A stretch of DNA of 64,000 bases from Vulcanimicrobiota bacterium (GCA_963733295.1 CAVTCS010000003.1:1088001-1152000); one strand, 5' to 3'. Counted from the stretch's first letter, positions 1-9,216 are shown. Numbers and translations: made by a program. The notes: generated by a model from the letters alone, not told the origin.

Positions 1-105
1 GGCCGTGTCGTCGAGCGGCGCGGACTCATCTCCCGCGGCTGCGCCGGCCGCCGGCGGCGCTGGTGGCCGCGACCCCGCCGCGCCGGCGTCGATTCTGAGG
101 GGCAT
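1..105 (-). CDS. Hypothetical protein, 5' part only (runs off the window edge)
   Basis: ATG at 105, 2 nt after the stop of the 108..497 ORF; reads MPLRIDAGAAGSRPPAPP... Confidence 0.4.
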   Translation of the reverse strand, partial: MPLRIDAGAAGSRPPAPPAAGAAAGDESAPLDDTA

Positions 106-107
106 GC

Positions 108-497
108 TCAGTCCTTCACCGTCTTGATGAACTCTTTGAGGACGCTGATGTCGGCTTCGCGCTGCTTCATCGCGACGTCACGAAGGGTGTTCATTTCTCG
201 CATCTGTTCGGTTTTCTCGTCCTCGGCTTCATTGAAAAGCGTCGACTGCCACTCCATATCGAGGTTGTGGCGCATGTTCTCCGCATTTAAGCCGAGTTGA
301 GCCCACTCGTAGGCTTGATCGAGCTGCTGCTGCGCGGCGATCGTCGGATCGGAAGTCGGCGAAATGTTCCCGCCGTTCCCGGCCGTGCCGTTCGAAACGG
401 TCGAACTGACACCGTTCGCGACGGCGGCGATCGGGTTGCCGGTGGTTAGCAGGGTCATTCCGCCGTTGACGATCCCGCTCAAGAGGTTAAAGCCCAC
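108..497 (-). CDS. Small hypothetical protein (129 aa): Gly/Asn/Ser-rich N-terminus, helical C-terminus
   Basis: GTG at 497 preceded by an AAAGGA RBS; it is the protein-like C-terminal part of the 108..1061 track ORF. Confidence 0.7.
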   Translation of the reverse strand: MGFNLLSGIVNGGMTLLTTGNPIAAVANGVSSTVSNGTAGNGGNISPTSDPTIAAQQQLDQAYEWAQLGLNAENMRHNLDMEWQSTLFNEAEDEKTEQMREMNTLRDVAMKQREADISVLKEFIKTVKD

Positions 498-531
498 TGT
501 AGGTTCCTTTCCGTTGCGGCGCGATAGCGCC

Positions 532-1206
532 TTAGGCGGCGTCGCTCGAGTCGTTGCGCTCGGTGGGGTCGCCGCTGCCCGGGTCGACGAGCGCGGCCAT
601 CGCTTGATCGGCGGAATTCGCTTGCTGACCGCCGCCTTTTCCGGCTTCGCTGGAGTACGAAGTGAACGACCAATTCGGTGGCGTGAAAGCGGGAATCGAA
701 AGCTGCGGTACTTGAGCCGCGACATCGGAGAGCGCGTTTGTATTGGCGACGGCCGTCGGGGCTTCGTCGATCGCCGTTTGCTGAGTCGACTGCTGGATCG
801 CCGCGTAGTGCTGCATGACGGAATCGGCGTAACCGAGTTGCTGTCCGTTGGGCCAGACCGTTTGCGTTCCGGCGGCATTCGGCGAACCCGAGTTATATGC
901 GGAGAGCGCGGCTCGGAGGTTGCCGCCGTTCTGTGTGATGAGGCTCGAAAGCAGGCCGGCAGCATAATCGGCGTTTTGGGCCGGCTGCATCGCCGCCGGG
1001 GTGTTCGCAAAGGCATGGTAGCGGTCGTCGATTTGAAAGACGCCGTGGCCGTGGCCGCCATCGCCCACGACGTTGGCCCCGGAGTTGCTGCGGGGACCGC
1101 CGGTCTCTTGAGCGGCGACGGCCGCTAACAACACGGGATCGAGCCCGTGAGCGCGGGCGGCGCTCGCAATCGCGGGGCCGAAGCGAATTCCTGACAAAGC
1201 ATCCAT
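532..1206 (-). CDS. SLT-family lytic transglycosylase with low-complexity C-terminal tail
   Basis: Motifs AVAAQET, GVFQI and ALSAYNSG; GGAGGT RBS before the ATG at 1206. Confidence 0.85.
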   Translation of the reverse strand: MDALSGIRFGPAIASAARAHGLDPVLLAAVAAQETGGPRSNSGANVVGDGGHGHGVFQIDDRYHAFANTPAAMQPAQNADYAAGLLSSLITQNGGNLRAALSAYNSGSPNAAGTQTVWPNGQQLGYADSVMQHYAAIQQSTQQTAIDEAPTAVANTNALSDVAAQVPQLSIPAFTPPNWSFTSYSSEAGKGGGQQANSADQAMAALVDPGSGDPTERNDSSDAA

Positions 1207-1261
1207 AAAGGGGTGACCTCCCAAGCCAAGTCTCGCCAACCGATCACGCCGGCTTGTCGCG

Positions 1262-1290
1262 TTGACAAGGTTTGAACGCCTCCCTATTAT
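1262..1290 (+). promoter_or_regulatory. Sigma70 promoter of the yceD-rpmF-fab operon
   Basis: TTGACA-N17-TATTAT; the -35 overlaps the inverted repeat CTTGTC-N5-GACAAG (1253-1269). Confidence 0.75.
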
Positions 1291-1325
1291 TGGAGGGTTG
1301 TCTTGGGCTCGGGGAAACGACTGAA

Positions 1326-1775
1326 ATGACGAAGCCGATCGATGTCGGGAGCGTTTTGGCCTCCGGCCGCGAGCTCGAGGTCAGCGAGACCGTCAGCGTT
1401 CCCCCATTCGAGCCGTACGAGTTCGAGGCGCCTGCCGCCGTCGCGCTCGAGGTCCGCCGGGTTGGCGACGGACTCGACCTCCGCGGGACGATCGACGTTA
1501 TGGTCCTCGGCCCGTGCGCCCGCTGCCTCGACGACGTGAGGCTTCCCGTTCACCTCGACGTCGAAGAGCGGCTCGAAGCCGGCGCAACACCCGACATCCT
1601 CGGCGAAAACAATGTCCTCTCCGGAGACCACCTCGACCTGGCCGACCTCGTTCGGCAACTTATCGACTCCGCGTTACCGTTAACGCTCTTGTGCTCTGAG
1701 GACTGCAGCGGCCTGTGCGCCCGCTGCGGAAACAAGAGCGACGGCTGCCGTTGCGCCCCACCCCAATCGGAGTAA
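1326..1775 (+). CDS. yceD: DUF177/YceD family protein
   Basis: CARCL and LCSEDCSGLCARCG motifs; lies upstream of rpmF. Confidence 0.9.
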   Translation: MTKPIDVGSVLASGRELEVSETVSVPPFEPYEFEAPAAVALEVRRVGDGLDLRGTIDVMVLGPCARCLDDVRLPVHLDVEERLEAGATPDILGENNVLSGDHLDLADLVRQLIDSALPLTLLCSEDCSGLCARCGNKSDGCRCAPPQSE

Positions 1776-1779
1776 AACC

Positions 1780-1986
1780 ATGGCGAATCTCAAGTGGAAA
1801 ACCCCGCGTTCCAAAACGCGCAGCCGTCGCGCTGCCAACTGGAAGCTCTCCCCCGTCACCACCGTGGAATGTTCGCAGTGTCACCAGCCCAAGCTACCGC
1901 ACTTCGTTTGTCAGAACTGCGGATTCTATGACGGTCGGAAAGTGATCGAGCCGAAAGACGAGCATACCGGACATTCACACGGCTAG
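1780..1986 (+). CDS. rpmF: 50S ribosomal protein L32 (zinc ribbon, His-rich tail)
   Basis: KTPRSKTRSRRA, CxxC...PHFVCxxCGFY. Confidence 0.95.
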   Translation: MANLKWKTPRSKTRSRRAANWKLSPVTTVECSQCHQPKLPHFVCQNCGFYDGRKVIEPKDEHTGHSHG

Positions 1987-2989
1987 CTTAACCGGCGCGC
2001 ACGGTCCTTACGGCGCTCGCATCGCGGGCGTCGGTCATTATGTGCCCGAACCCATAATGAGTAACGCCGATTTCGCGCGCATTCTCGACACCTCGGATGA
2101 GTGGATCTCGACGCGAACCGGCATGAAGGAGCGTCGTTACGCGCCCCGCGAGATGGCGTCTTCCGATCTCGCGACGCGCGCGGCGAAGCACGCGCTCGAG
2201 CGCGCCGGGTTGGGAGGCTCCGACGTCGACTGTTTCATCGTCGCGACCGTTTCACCCGATTACCACTTTCCGGCGACCGCATGCATCGTCGCCGCCAATT
2301 TGGGAGCGGTCGGAAAAGCCGCCTTCGACATCGAGATCGCCTGCAGCGGCTTCATCTACGCGCTCCCGATAGCGGCGAGCTTCGTGCGTTCCGGAGTTTT
2401 TCGCAGGGTGATGATCATCGGCGTCGAGACGCTCTCGCGCATGCTCAACATGAGCGACCGCAGCACGGCGATCCTGTTCGGCGACGGCGCGGGCGCGACG
2501 ATCGTCGAGCGCGCCGATGCCGATTCGTTCTTGGCTTGCGAGCTGGGCGCCGACGGCAAGAACCCCGAGCTGCTGTACGTTCCGGGTGGCGGTTCACGCG
2601 AACCGCTGACCGCTGAATCGATCGTCGCCAAACGCGACAAGGTCGCGATGAGCGGGCGGGAGATCTTCAAGTACGCCGTTACAAAAATGGTGGAAACGTC
2701 GCGCCGCGTGTTGGAAGAAGCGCACTTGAGCACGGCCGACGTGACCTGGATGATTCCGCATCAAGCCAACCTGCGCATCATGGAAGCGGCCGCAAAGCGC
2801 CTGGACATCGGGCGCGAGCGTATTGTCGTCAACATCGAAAAGTACGGTAACACGTCGTCGGCTTCGATCCCGATCGCGCTCTCGGAATCGATCGAGCGCG
2901 ACATGCTGCGCGACGGCGACGTGATCTTGTTCACCGGGTTCGGCGGCGGCCTTTCGTGGGGTTCGATTGCCTGGCGTTGGGCGGCCTGA
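1979..2989 (+). CDS. fabH: 3-oxoacyl-ACP synthase III; start probably the non-canonical ACG at 1979 (first GTG is at 2042)
   Basis: DTSDEWI, ACSGF, PHQAN and GNTSSAS motifs; the conserved N-terminal ARIAGVGHYVP lies upstream of the first canonical start. Confidence 0.93.
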   Translation, partial: TASLTGAHGPYGARIAGVGHYVPEPIMSNADFARILDTSDEWISTRTGMKERRYAPREMASSDLATRAAKHALERAGLGGSDVDCFIVATVSPDYHFPATACIVAANLGAVGKAAFDIEIACSGFIYALPIAASFVRSGVFRRVMIIGVETLSRMLNMSDRSTAILFGDGAGATIVERADADSFLACELGADGKNPELLYVPGGGSREPLTAESIVAKRDKVAMSGREIFKYAVTKMVETSRRVLEEAHLSTADVTWMIPHQANLRIMEAAAKRLDIGRERIVVNIEKYGNTSSASIPIALSESIERDMLRDGDVILFTGFGGGLSWGSIAWRWAA

Positions 2990-2991
2990 AG

Positions 2992-3942
2992 GTGCGCGTA
3001 GCCGTCGTTTTTCCGGGACAAGGCTCGCAAGCCATCGGCATGGGCGGCGCGATCGTCGAGCGCTCGAAGGTTGCAGTTGAGCTGTTTCGTCGAGCCGAGC
3101 GCGTCTTAGGCTACGATCTGCTCGAGCTGATACGAGGGGGTCCCGAGGAAAAGCTGCGTGAGACGCATTTTAGTCAGCCGGCGATCTACGTGACGAACTA
3201 CGCGCTTGCAGCGGCGCTGGGTGATGCGCTCGAGCCGGCCGGAAGCGCCGGTCATTCGTTCGGAGAGTTCTGCAGTTTGACGCTGGCCGGAGCGTTGACG
3301 TTCGAAACGGCGCTTGGCCTCGTCCGCGAACGCGGCCTCGCCATGCAAGAAGCCGCGGAAAGTTCTCCCGGCGCGATGAGCGCGGTGCTCGGCTTGGGGC
3401 CCGAAGAGGTGCTCGCGGCGACCGAGGGCGCAAGCGCGGAAGGCGCCGGACGAGTTCGCCCGGCGAACTTCAACGCTCCCGGGCAGATCGTCATCAGCGG
3501 CGACCGCGACGCGGTCCTTCGCGCGGGCGAGCTCGCGCTGGCTGCCGGCGCCAAGCGCGTCGTCGCGCTGAACGTATCGGGTGCTTGGCACAGCGAATTG
3601 ATGGCGCCCGCGCAGGCGCGCTTCGCGCCGTTTGTCGAACGCGCGCCCTTCGAGTTGCCGCGCTTTCCCGTGATCTCGAACGTGGACGCGGAACCGTATC
3701 GCGACGTCGCCACTATCAAACGAAACTTGATTCGCTCGCTGACGCAAGAAGTTCGCTGGCACGAAACGGCGGAGCGGCTGCTGCGCGAAGTCCGTCCCGA
3801 GCTCGTGGTCGAATTCGGAGGCTCGGCCGTCCTCGCGCCCCTGTTCAAGCGCGTCGCGGACGCGCCGCCTGCGCTGCACGTCGGCGACGAGCGCGGCGTC
3901 GAACGGCTGACCGCGCAATTTCAGGCGGCGCCTGCGCCGTGA
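2992..3942 (+). CDS. fabD: Malonyl-CoA:ACP transacylase
   Basis: FPGQGSQ, GHSFGE, VSGAWHS. Confidence 0.95.
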   Translation: MRVAVVFPGQGSQAIGMGGAIVERSKVAVELFRRAERVLGYDLLELIRGGPEEKLRETHFSQPAIYVTNYALAAALGDALEPAGSAGHSFGEFCSLTLAGALTFETALGLVRERGLAMQEAAESSPGAMSAVLGLGPEEVLAATEGASAEGAGRVRPANFNAPGQIVISGDRDAVLRAGELALAAGAKRVVALNVSGAWHSELMAPAQARFAPFVERAPFELPRFPVISNVDAEPYRDVATIKRNLIRSLTQEVRWHETAERLLREVRPELVVEFGGSAVLAPLFKRVADAPPALHVGDERGVERLTAQFQAAPAP

Positions 3943-4688
3943 GCGGCTTCGCCGGAAAGGTCGCGGTCATCACGGGCGCCAGCCGCGGAATCGGCCGGGC
4001 CATCGCCGTCGACTTCGCGCGCCAGGGCGCGGAGCTCGCGATCGTCGGCCGCGACGCGGCCAGCCTCGCCGCCACGGCGGCGGCGGCCCGTGAGGCGCGG
4101 CCCGGTGCCGGGGTCCTCGAGGCGATCGCGGACGTGACCGACGCCGCGGCAGTTGAGGCGGTCGTGGCGAGCGCGCTCGAGCGCTTCGGCCGGCTGGATT
4201 TCGCGGTCGCCAACGCGGGCCAGGCGACCGACGCGCTCATCGTGCGCACGAGACCCGTCGACCTTGAGGCTGTCCTGGCGGTAAACCTCAAGTCGGCCTT
4301 CTTCCTTTGTAGCGCCGTGGCGCGACCGATGATGAAGCAGCGCGCCGGGGCGATCGTCCTCGTTTCCAGCGTGGTGGGCCTCAGCGGCAACGTCGGCCAG
4401 GCGGCGTACGCCGCGTCCAAAGCCGGACTGCTCGGCTTGGCGAAGTCGGTAGCAAAGGAATTGGGCTCGCGGAACGTAAGAGTGAACGCCGTCGCGCCGG
4501 GTCTGATCGAGACGTCGATGACCGAATCGATGCCCGAACAGGCGCGCGCTCACTTCCTTTCTGCAGTCCCGCTCGGACGTTCGGGAACGCCGGAGGACGT
4601 CAGTGGGGTCGTCACGTTCTTGTGCTCTGATGCCGCGCGGTATGTGACCGGTCAGACGATTGTGGTCGACGGCGGTTTTTTGATGTAA
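3939..4688 (+). CDS. fabG: 3-oxoacyl-ACP reductase
   Basis: TGASRGIG, YAASK; GTGA overlap with fabD. Confidence 0.95.
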   Translation: MSGFAGKVAVITGASRGIGRAIAVDFARQGAELAIVGRDAASLAATAAAAREARPGAGVLEAIADVTDAAAVEAVVASALERFGRLDFAVANAGQATDALIVRTRPVDLEAVLAVNLKSAFFLCSAVARPMMKQRAGAIVLVSSVVGLSGNVGQAAYAASKAGLLGLAKSVAKELGSRNVRVNAVAPGLIETSMTESMPEQARAHFLSAVPLGRSGTPEDVSGVVTFLCSDAARYVTGQTIVVDGGFLM

Positions 4689-4715
4689 TCGCGCGTGTGC
4701 GCGCATAGGGAGATC

Positions 4716-4970
4716 ATGGCGGATACGACTAGCACGACCTTCGACAAAGTTAAGAAGATCATCGTCGAGCAGCTGGGTGTCGACGAAACCGAAGTGACGA
4801 TGGATGCATCGATCACGGACGACCTGGGGGCAGACTCGCTCGATCAGGTCGAGCTGGTCATGGCATTCGAGACCGAGTTCAACATCGACATCCCCGACGA
4901 AGAGGCCGAAAAAATAAAGACGGTCGGCGATGCCGTGCGCAAGATCGATGAAAGCGCGCCGAAAAGCTAG
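4716..4970 (+). CDS. acpP: Acyl carrier protein
   Basis: DLGADSLD motif; GGGAG RBS. Confidence 0.97.
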   Translation: MADTTSTTFDKVKKIIVEQLGVDETEVTMDASITDDLGADSLDQVELVMAFETEFNIDIPDEEAEKIKTVGDAVRKIDESAPKS

Positions 4971-4982
4971 TGCCCCACTAAC

Positions 4983-6320
4983 TTGTTAGAGGGTCTGAGC
5001 GAGCGCCTCGGCGCAATTTTCAAACGGCTGGGCGGCCGGGGACGTCTGAGCGAAGCCGACGTTAACGAAGTGGCGCGCGAAGTTCGCATTGCGCTGCTCG
5101 AAGCCGACGTCAACCTCTCCGTCGCCAAAGACTTCGTCGCGAAGGTGAAGGAGAAGGCGGTCGGTGCCGACGTGCTGGCGTCGCTCACGCCCGCGCAATC
5201 GGTCATCAGAATCGTGCACGACGAGCTGGTCGCGCTGATGGGTGGCGCTCAAGCCCGGCTGCAATTCTCCGATGCTCCGCCGAGCGTCATCCTGCTCGTC
5301 GGATTGCAAGGCTCCGGGAAAACGACCCACGCCGGCAAGCTCGCGCAGCGGCTGAAGGAGCAAGGCCGGCGCTCGCTGCTCGTGGCGGCCGACGTGTACC
5401 GTCCCGCGGCCATCGATCAGTTGCAGACGCTGGGCAAGCAGCTCGATCTGCCGGTGTATGCCGCGAGCGGAGAGGATCCGGTCGCGATCGCGCAGCGCGG
5501 CGTGGCCGAAGCAAAGCGGCTCGGCATTTCTACCGTCATCATCGATACCGCTGGACGCTTGCAAATCGATGAACCGCTGATGCTCGAACTCGAGCGGATC
5601 GTCGCCGCGACGCATCCCAAAGAGATCCTGTTCGTGGCCGATGCCTTGACCGGGCAAGAAGCGACCAAGGTCGCCAAGAGTTTTCACGATCGTCTCGGGA
5701 TCACCGGCGTCATCCTCACCAAGATGGACGGCGACGCACGCGGCGGTGCCGCCCTCTCGATCTTCGCGGTAACCGGCGCCCCGATCAAATTCGTCGGCGT
5801 CGGTGAGAAGCTCTCCGCGCTCGAGCCGTTCTATCCGGACCGTCTTGCCTCGCGCATCCTCGGCATGGGCGACGTGATGACGCTGATCGAGCGGACGCAA
5901 AGCGTGTACACCGCCGAACAAGCGAAGACGCTCGAACAGAAGCTGCGCAAGAACGAATTTACGCTCGACGATTTCCTCGAGCAGTTGCGTCAGGTGCGTA
6001 AAATGGGCTCGATGAGCGACATCGTCAAGATGATTCCCGGCATGTCAAAGGCTTTGCCGAAGGACGTGGAAATCGACGAGCGAGATATGTCGCGCGTCGA
6101 GGCGATCATCTGCTCGATGACGCAACACGAGCGGCGCCGGCCGGACGTGCTGAACGCGTCGCGCCGTCGCCGGATCGCGCAGGGCAGCGGAACGCAAGTT
6201 GCCGACGTGAACCGCCTGGTCAAACAGTTTGACGCTTCCCGCCAGATGATGAAGCAACTCGGCGGTGGGAAGCGCATGCCCGGGCTGCCCTGGCAGCGCG
6301 GGGCCTCTAGCCAACGCTAA
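4983..6320 (+). CDS. ffh: Signal recognition particle protein
   Basis: GLQGSGKTT, DTAGR, TKMDGDARGG, Met-rich M domain. Confidence 0.97.
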   Translation: MLEGLSERLGAIFKRLGGRGRLSEADVNEVAREVRIALLEADVNLSVAKDFVAKVKEKAVGADVLASLTPAQSVIRIVHDELVALMGGAQARLQFSDAPPSVILLVGLQGSGKTTHAGKLAQRLKEQGRRSLLVAADVYRPAAIDQLQTLGKQLDLPVYAASGEDPVAIAQRGVAEAKRLGISTVIIDTAGRLQIDEPLMLELERIVAATHPKEILFVADALTGQEATKVAKSFHDRLGITGVILTKMDGDARGGAALSIFAVTGAPIKFVGVGEKLSALEPFYPDRLASRILGMGDVMTLIERTQSVYTAEQAKTLEQKLRKNEFTLDDFLEQLRQVRKMGSMSDIVKMIPGMSKALPKDVEIDERDMSRVEAIICSMTQHERRRPDVLNASRRRRIAQGSGTQVADVNRLVKQFDASRQMMKQLGGGKRMPGLPWQRGASSQR

Positions 6321-6338
6321 GAAAAGACGACATACAAC

Positions 6339-6632
6339 ATGGTCAAGATCCGGTTGCGCCGAATGGGCGCAAAGAAACAACCGACGTACCGATTCGTTAT
6401 CACCGATGCGCGCGCTCCGCGCGACGGACGCTTTATCGAGATCGTCGGGCACTATAACCCACGGACCGAACCGAAAACGATCGTAATCGACGAGAGCAAA
6501 ATCAAAGAGTGGCTCGCTAAGGGTGCCCAGCCGTCCGACCCGGTGCGCCGCTTGCTCGCGGAGAAGGGGCTCGTCGAACGGGGACCCATCCCTACCAGCA
6601 AACGCGCGCCAAAATCCAAGAAGGACGCGTAG
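6339..6632 (+). CDS. rpsP: 30S ribosomal protein S16
   Basis: [27 protein letters not shown]. Confidence 0.97.
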   Translation: MVKIRLRRMGAKKQPTYRFVITDARAPRDGRFIEIVGHYNPRTEPKTIVIDESKIKEWLAKGAQPSDPVRRLLAEKGLVERGPIPTSKRAPKSKKDA

Positions 6633-6635
6633 TTC

Positions 6636-7184
6636 ATGAGCGCGTTCGATGACGAATTCGGTCTCTTCGGTGACGAGGCCGACGAGGAAGAGCGCAAGTC
6701 GACGTTAGGTGCGCGCACTATCGCGTCGCCCGACGTGACGAACGATGAAATCGAGCCGGAAGACGAGCCGGTCCGCCGGCGCGGGCGACGCGCCCCGGGC
6801 GAGAAGTACGAGGGCGGAGCGCCGCGCTTCTACCGGCGCGCCGACGCGCCGCAACGGCCGCCGATTCCTGACGAGATCGCTCATCCACGCGCGATCGAGC
6901 TCCTGACGTTTTTGGCAAAGCGGCTCGTCGCGAATCCCGACGCAGTCGCCGTCGAACTGCATCCGGATTCGCGTGGGGCGGTCCTCGAGCTCGAAGTCGA
7001 TCCGGAAGATCTGGGGAAGGTCATCGGCCGTGGCGGACGCGTCGCGCAAGCGCTGCGCACGCTCGTCCGGGCGGGTGCCGAGGGTCGCGTAACGGTCGAC
7101 ATCGTCGACGTGGACGACGAAGAGATTCCCGAGGACGAAGCGGAATCCGGCGAAGCGCCGAACGAGGCTCCAGGGGACGTTTAA
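6636..7184 (+). CDS. khpA: KH-domain RNA-binding protein (KhpA/YlqC-like) with long N-terminal extension
   Basis: DLGKVIGRGGRVAQALRTLV; located after rpsP. Confidence 0.85.
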   Translation: MSAFDDEFGLFGDEADEEERKSTLGARTIASPDVTNDEIEPEDEPVRRRGRRAPGEKYEGGAPRFYRRADAPQRPPIPDEIAHPRAIELLTFLAKRLVANPDAVAVELHPDSRGAVLELEVDPEDLGKVIGRGGRVAQALRTLVRAGAEGRVTVDIVDVDDEEIPEDEAESGEAPNEAPGDV

Positions 7185-7626
7185 CCGCATCGCGATCGCG
7201 CTCGTGCTCGTAGCGGTCGCGGATTTGATATCGAAACGGTCGATCGTAACTTCGCTGCTGCCGGGTGAGAGACGCGTCGTCGTACCGGGAGCCTTCGCAC
7301 TGGTATACGTTCAGAACGTACACGGCGCGATGGGCCTCTTCGGAAAGCGCGCGGGGCTGCTCGTCGTCTTGGCGTTGCTCGTGCTCGCCATCCTGACGTG
7401 GCTTCTTCGCGACGGTCTGCGCCGCTCGCCCTTGGTGCAGATCGGGTTTGGGATGGTCGCAGGCGGCGCGTTCGGCAACATCGCGGATCGGCTCGTGCAC
7501 GGTTACGTCGTCGACTTTCTGGCGTTCTGGAGTTTCTACGTGTTCAACGTCGCCGACGCGTGCATCACGCTGGGGATCGGGTTGATCCTCCTGGCCGCGT
7601 TCGAAAAGCGGAGCGTCTCGGCGTGA
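7177..7626 (+). CDS. lspA: Lipoprotein signal peptidase II; start probably ACG at 7177 (first GTG is at 7204)
   Basis: DLISK, NxHGAMG, GGAFGNIADR, VVDF, FNVADACI. Confidence 0.92.
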   Translation, partial: TFNRIAIALVLVAVADLISKRSIVTSLLPGERRVVVPGAFALVYVQNVHGAMGLFGKRAGLLVVLALLVLAILTWLLRDGLRRSPLVQIGFGMVAGGAFGNIADRLVHGYVVDFLAFWSFYVFNVADACITLGIGLILLAAFEKRSVSA

Positions 7627-8120
7627 CGCGACTGGCGGTCGGCAAGCTCGTCGGCGTCTTCGGCATAAAAGGCGAACTGAAGTGCGTGCCCAGCTCGCTC
7701 GGCGAAGACATGATCGTTGCGGGCCGCGATTTCGCCAGCAGCGCGGAGGGAGAGAGTGAGCGACTGCGCTGCACGAGTGCGCGAAAACACCGCGAGCGGC
7801 TCGTCGTCGCGTTCGAGGGAATCTCGACGGTCGAACGAGCTCGCGCGCTCGTCGGCTGCGAACTTTTCAGCGAGCCCGATGAAATCAAACTTGACCCGGA
7901 CGAATATTTCGACCGCGATCTGGTCGGACTCCGCTTGCTCGATGAGTCCGGCCGCGAACTCGGCAAAGTCACCGGTGTCGAACACCTGCCGGCTCAGGAT
8001 TGTTTGGTGATCGGTCCCAGCGGCGCGCTCGTGCCACTCGTCCGAGCGTTTGCACCGGAGGTCGATCTTGCAGCGGGAACGATCGTTATGTCGCTGCCCG
8101 AAGGTCTGCTGGAACCGTAA
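7623..8120 (+). CDS. rimM: Ribosome maturation factor RimM
   Basis: VGKLVGVFGIKGELK, DEYFxxDLVGL; GTGA overlap with lspA. Confidence 0.92.
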   Translation: MTRLAVGKLVGVFGIKGELKCVPSSLGEDMIVAGRDFASSAEGESERLRCTSARKHRERLVVAFEGISTVERARALVGCELFSEPDEIKLDPDEYFDRDLVGLRLLDESGRELGKVTGVEHLPAQDCLVIGPSGALVPLVRAFAPEVDLAAGTIVMSLPEGLLEP

Positions 8121-9216
8121 GTCGCGCGGTTGAGTGCGTGCGCCGCGCCAAGGCGGCCGCAGCAGCATCGGCGGCGCGATCGAGCGCCGAATTTACGCCG
8201 CCCTTCCCGCTGACGGTGGCTTCGCCGTTCTCGTGGAGAATGGGATTTCCGGCGCAGTCGTACCCGACGACGTCGAGTTGCACGGTATCGGCAGCGCCCG
8301 AACTATTGCGTTCGATCGAAAGTGTCCCGGCGTAAAGTACGCTCACGCCGCGGTCGCGAGCGCAGAGCTGAGCGGCGTTGTCGGCTGGATTTGCAGCGAT
8401 CGAAGCGCTCGAGACCATGGCATTGACGCCGCGGTGTTTGAGCGAGGAGACGAGTGCGTCGGCGACGCGCGCTTCGTCGCTTTGTTGGCCACCGGTCACG
8501 GCGAGGACCATGGCGCCGCCATGCAACGCCGCGGCGACGCGTGCTGGAGAGGGCGCGGCGCTCGCCGCGGCGGTGGCGACAGGCGCAGGGGAGGGAGAGG
8601 GCCTGCTCGCAGCGACCGATGCGGCACTCCCTGACGGCGCCGGACTTGGCTCGGGCGTCTTCTTCGTGTGATGGAAAACCGAGGTGATGTTTGCCAGCGT
8701 GCCTTCGTGCGGACGCTCGCTGGCGCGCGGCTCGGGAGTACTCGGGGGCGGCGTTTCATCGAGCTCGGCGAGCCCGCGCCCCGCGTGCCGCAAAATGGCT
8801 TCGCGCAGCAGGTCCGCTTGGCCGCCGGCTTCGGCGTACGTCCGTACGACGACGGTCGTGCTGAACACGATCGTTCCGCTGTAGGTGCTGACGACCTGAG
8901 CGAGCATCGAAACGTCGTCACCGAGCGGCGTCAGATAGCCGGTCACGTAGTAGTCGGCATGCTCGTTGAGCGCGGCGGTGAGGAAGTCGGCGCGCGTGGT
9001 CCCGGGCGTCGGCGGCTTGACCGTTATTCCACCCGCCTGGGCCATGCGATTCGAAAACAGGATAGCGATGTTCGAGCCGGCGTCGGGATTCGTGCCGGCG
9101 GTGGTCGTCAGCGGGTAGATTACGACGACCGGCACGGGGCGCGGATTGATGGCGCCGGCGAGCGGAATCGCCGCGATTAGGAGACCGAGCGCGATGAGCC
9201 AGGAGCGGAGTATCAA
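8086..9216 (-). CDS. Exported hypothetical protein with Pro/Ala/Ser linker
   Basis: TTG start overlapping the YihY stop (TTGA); N-terminal hydrophobic signal. Confidence 0.7.
   Translation of the reverse strand: MILRSWLIALGLLIAAIPLAGAINPRPVPVVVIYPLTTTAGTNPDAGSNIAILFSNRMAQAGGITVKPPTPGTTRADFLTAALNEHADYYVTGYLTPLGDDVSMLAQVVSTYSGTIVFSTTVVVRTYAEAGGQADLLREAILRHAGRGLAELDETPPPSTPEPRASERPHEGTLANITSVFHHTKKTPEPSPAPSGSAASVAASRPSPSPAPVATAAASAAPSPARVAAALHGGAMVLAVTGGQQSDEARVADALVSSLKHRGVNAMVSSASIAANPADNAAQLCARDRGVSVLYAGTLSIERNSSGAADTVQLDVVGYDCAGNPILHENGEATVSGKGGVNSALDRAADAAAAALARRTHSTARLTVPADLRAAT

Noticed and set aside
108..1061. 317-aa track ORF as a single gene
   Set aside because: Its N-terminal part is an off-frame overlap of the transglycosylase; only 108..497 has an RBS and protein-like composition
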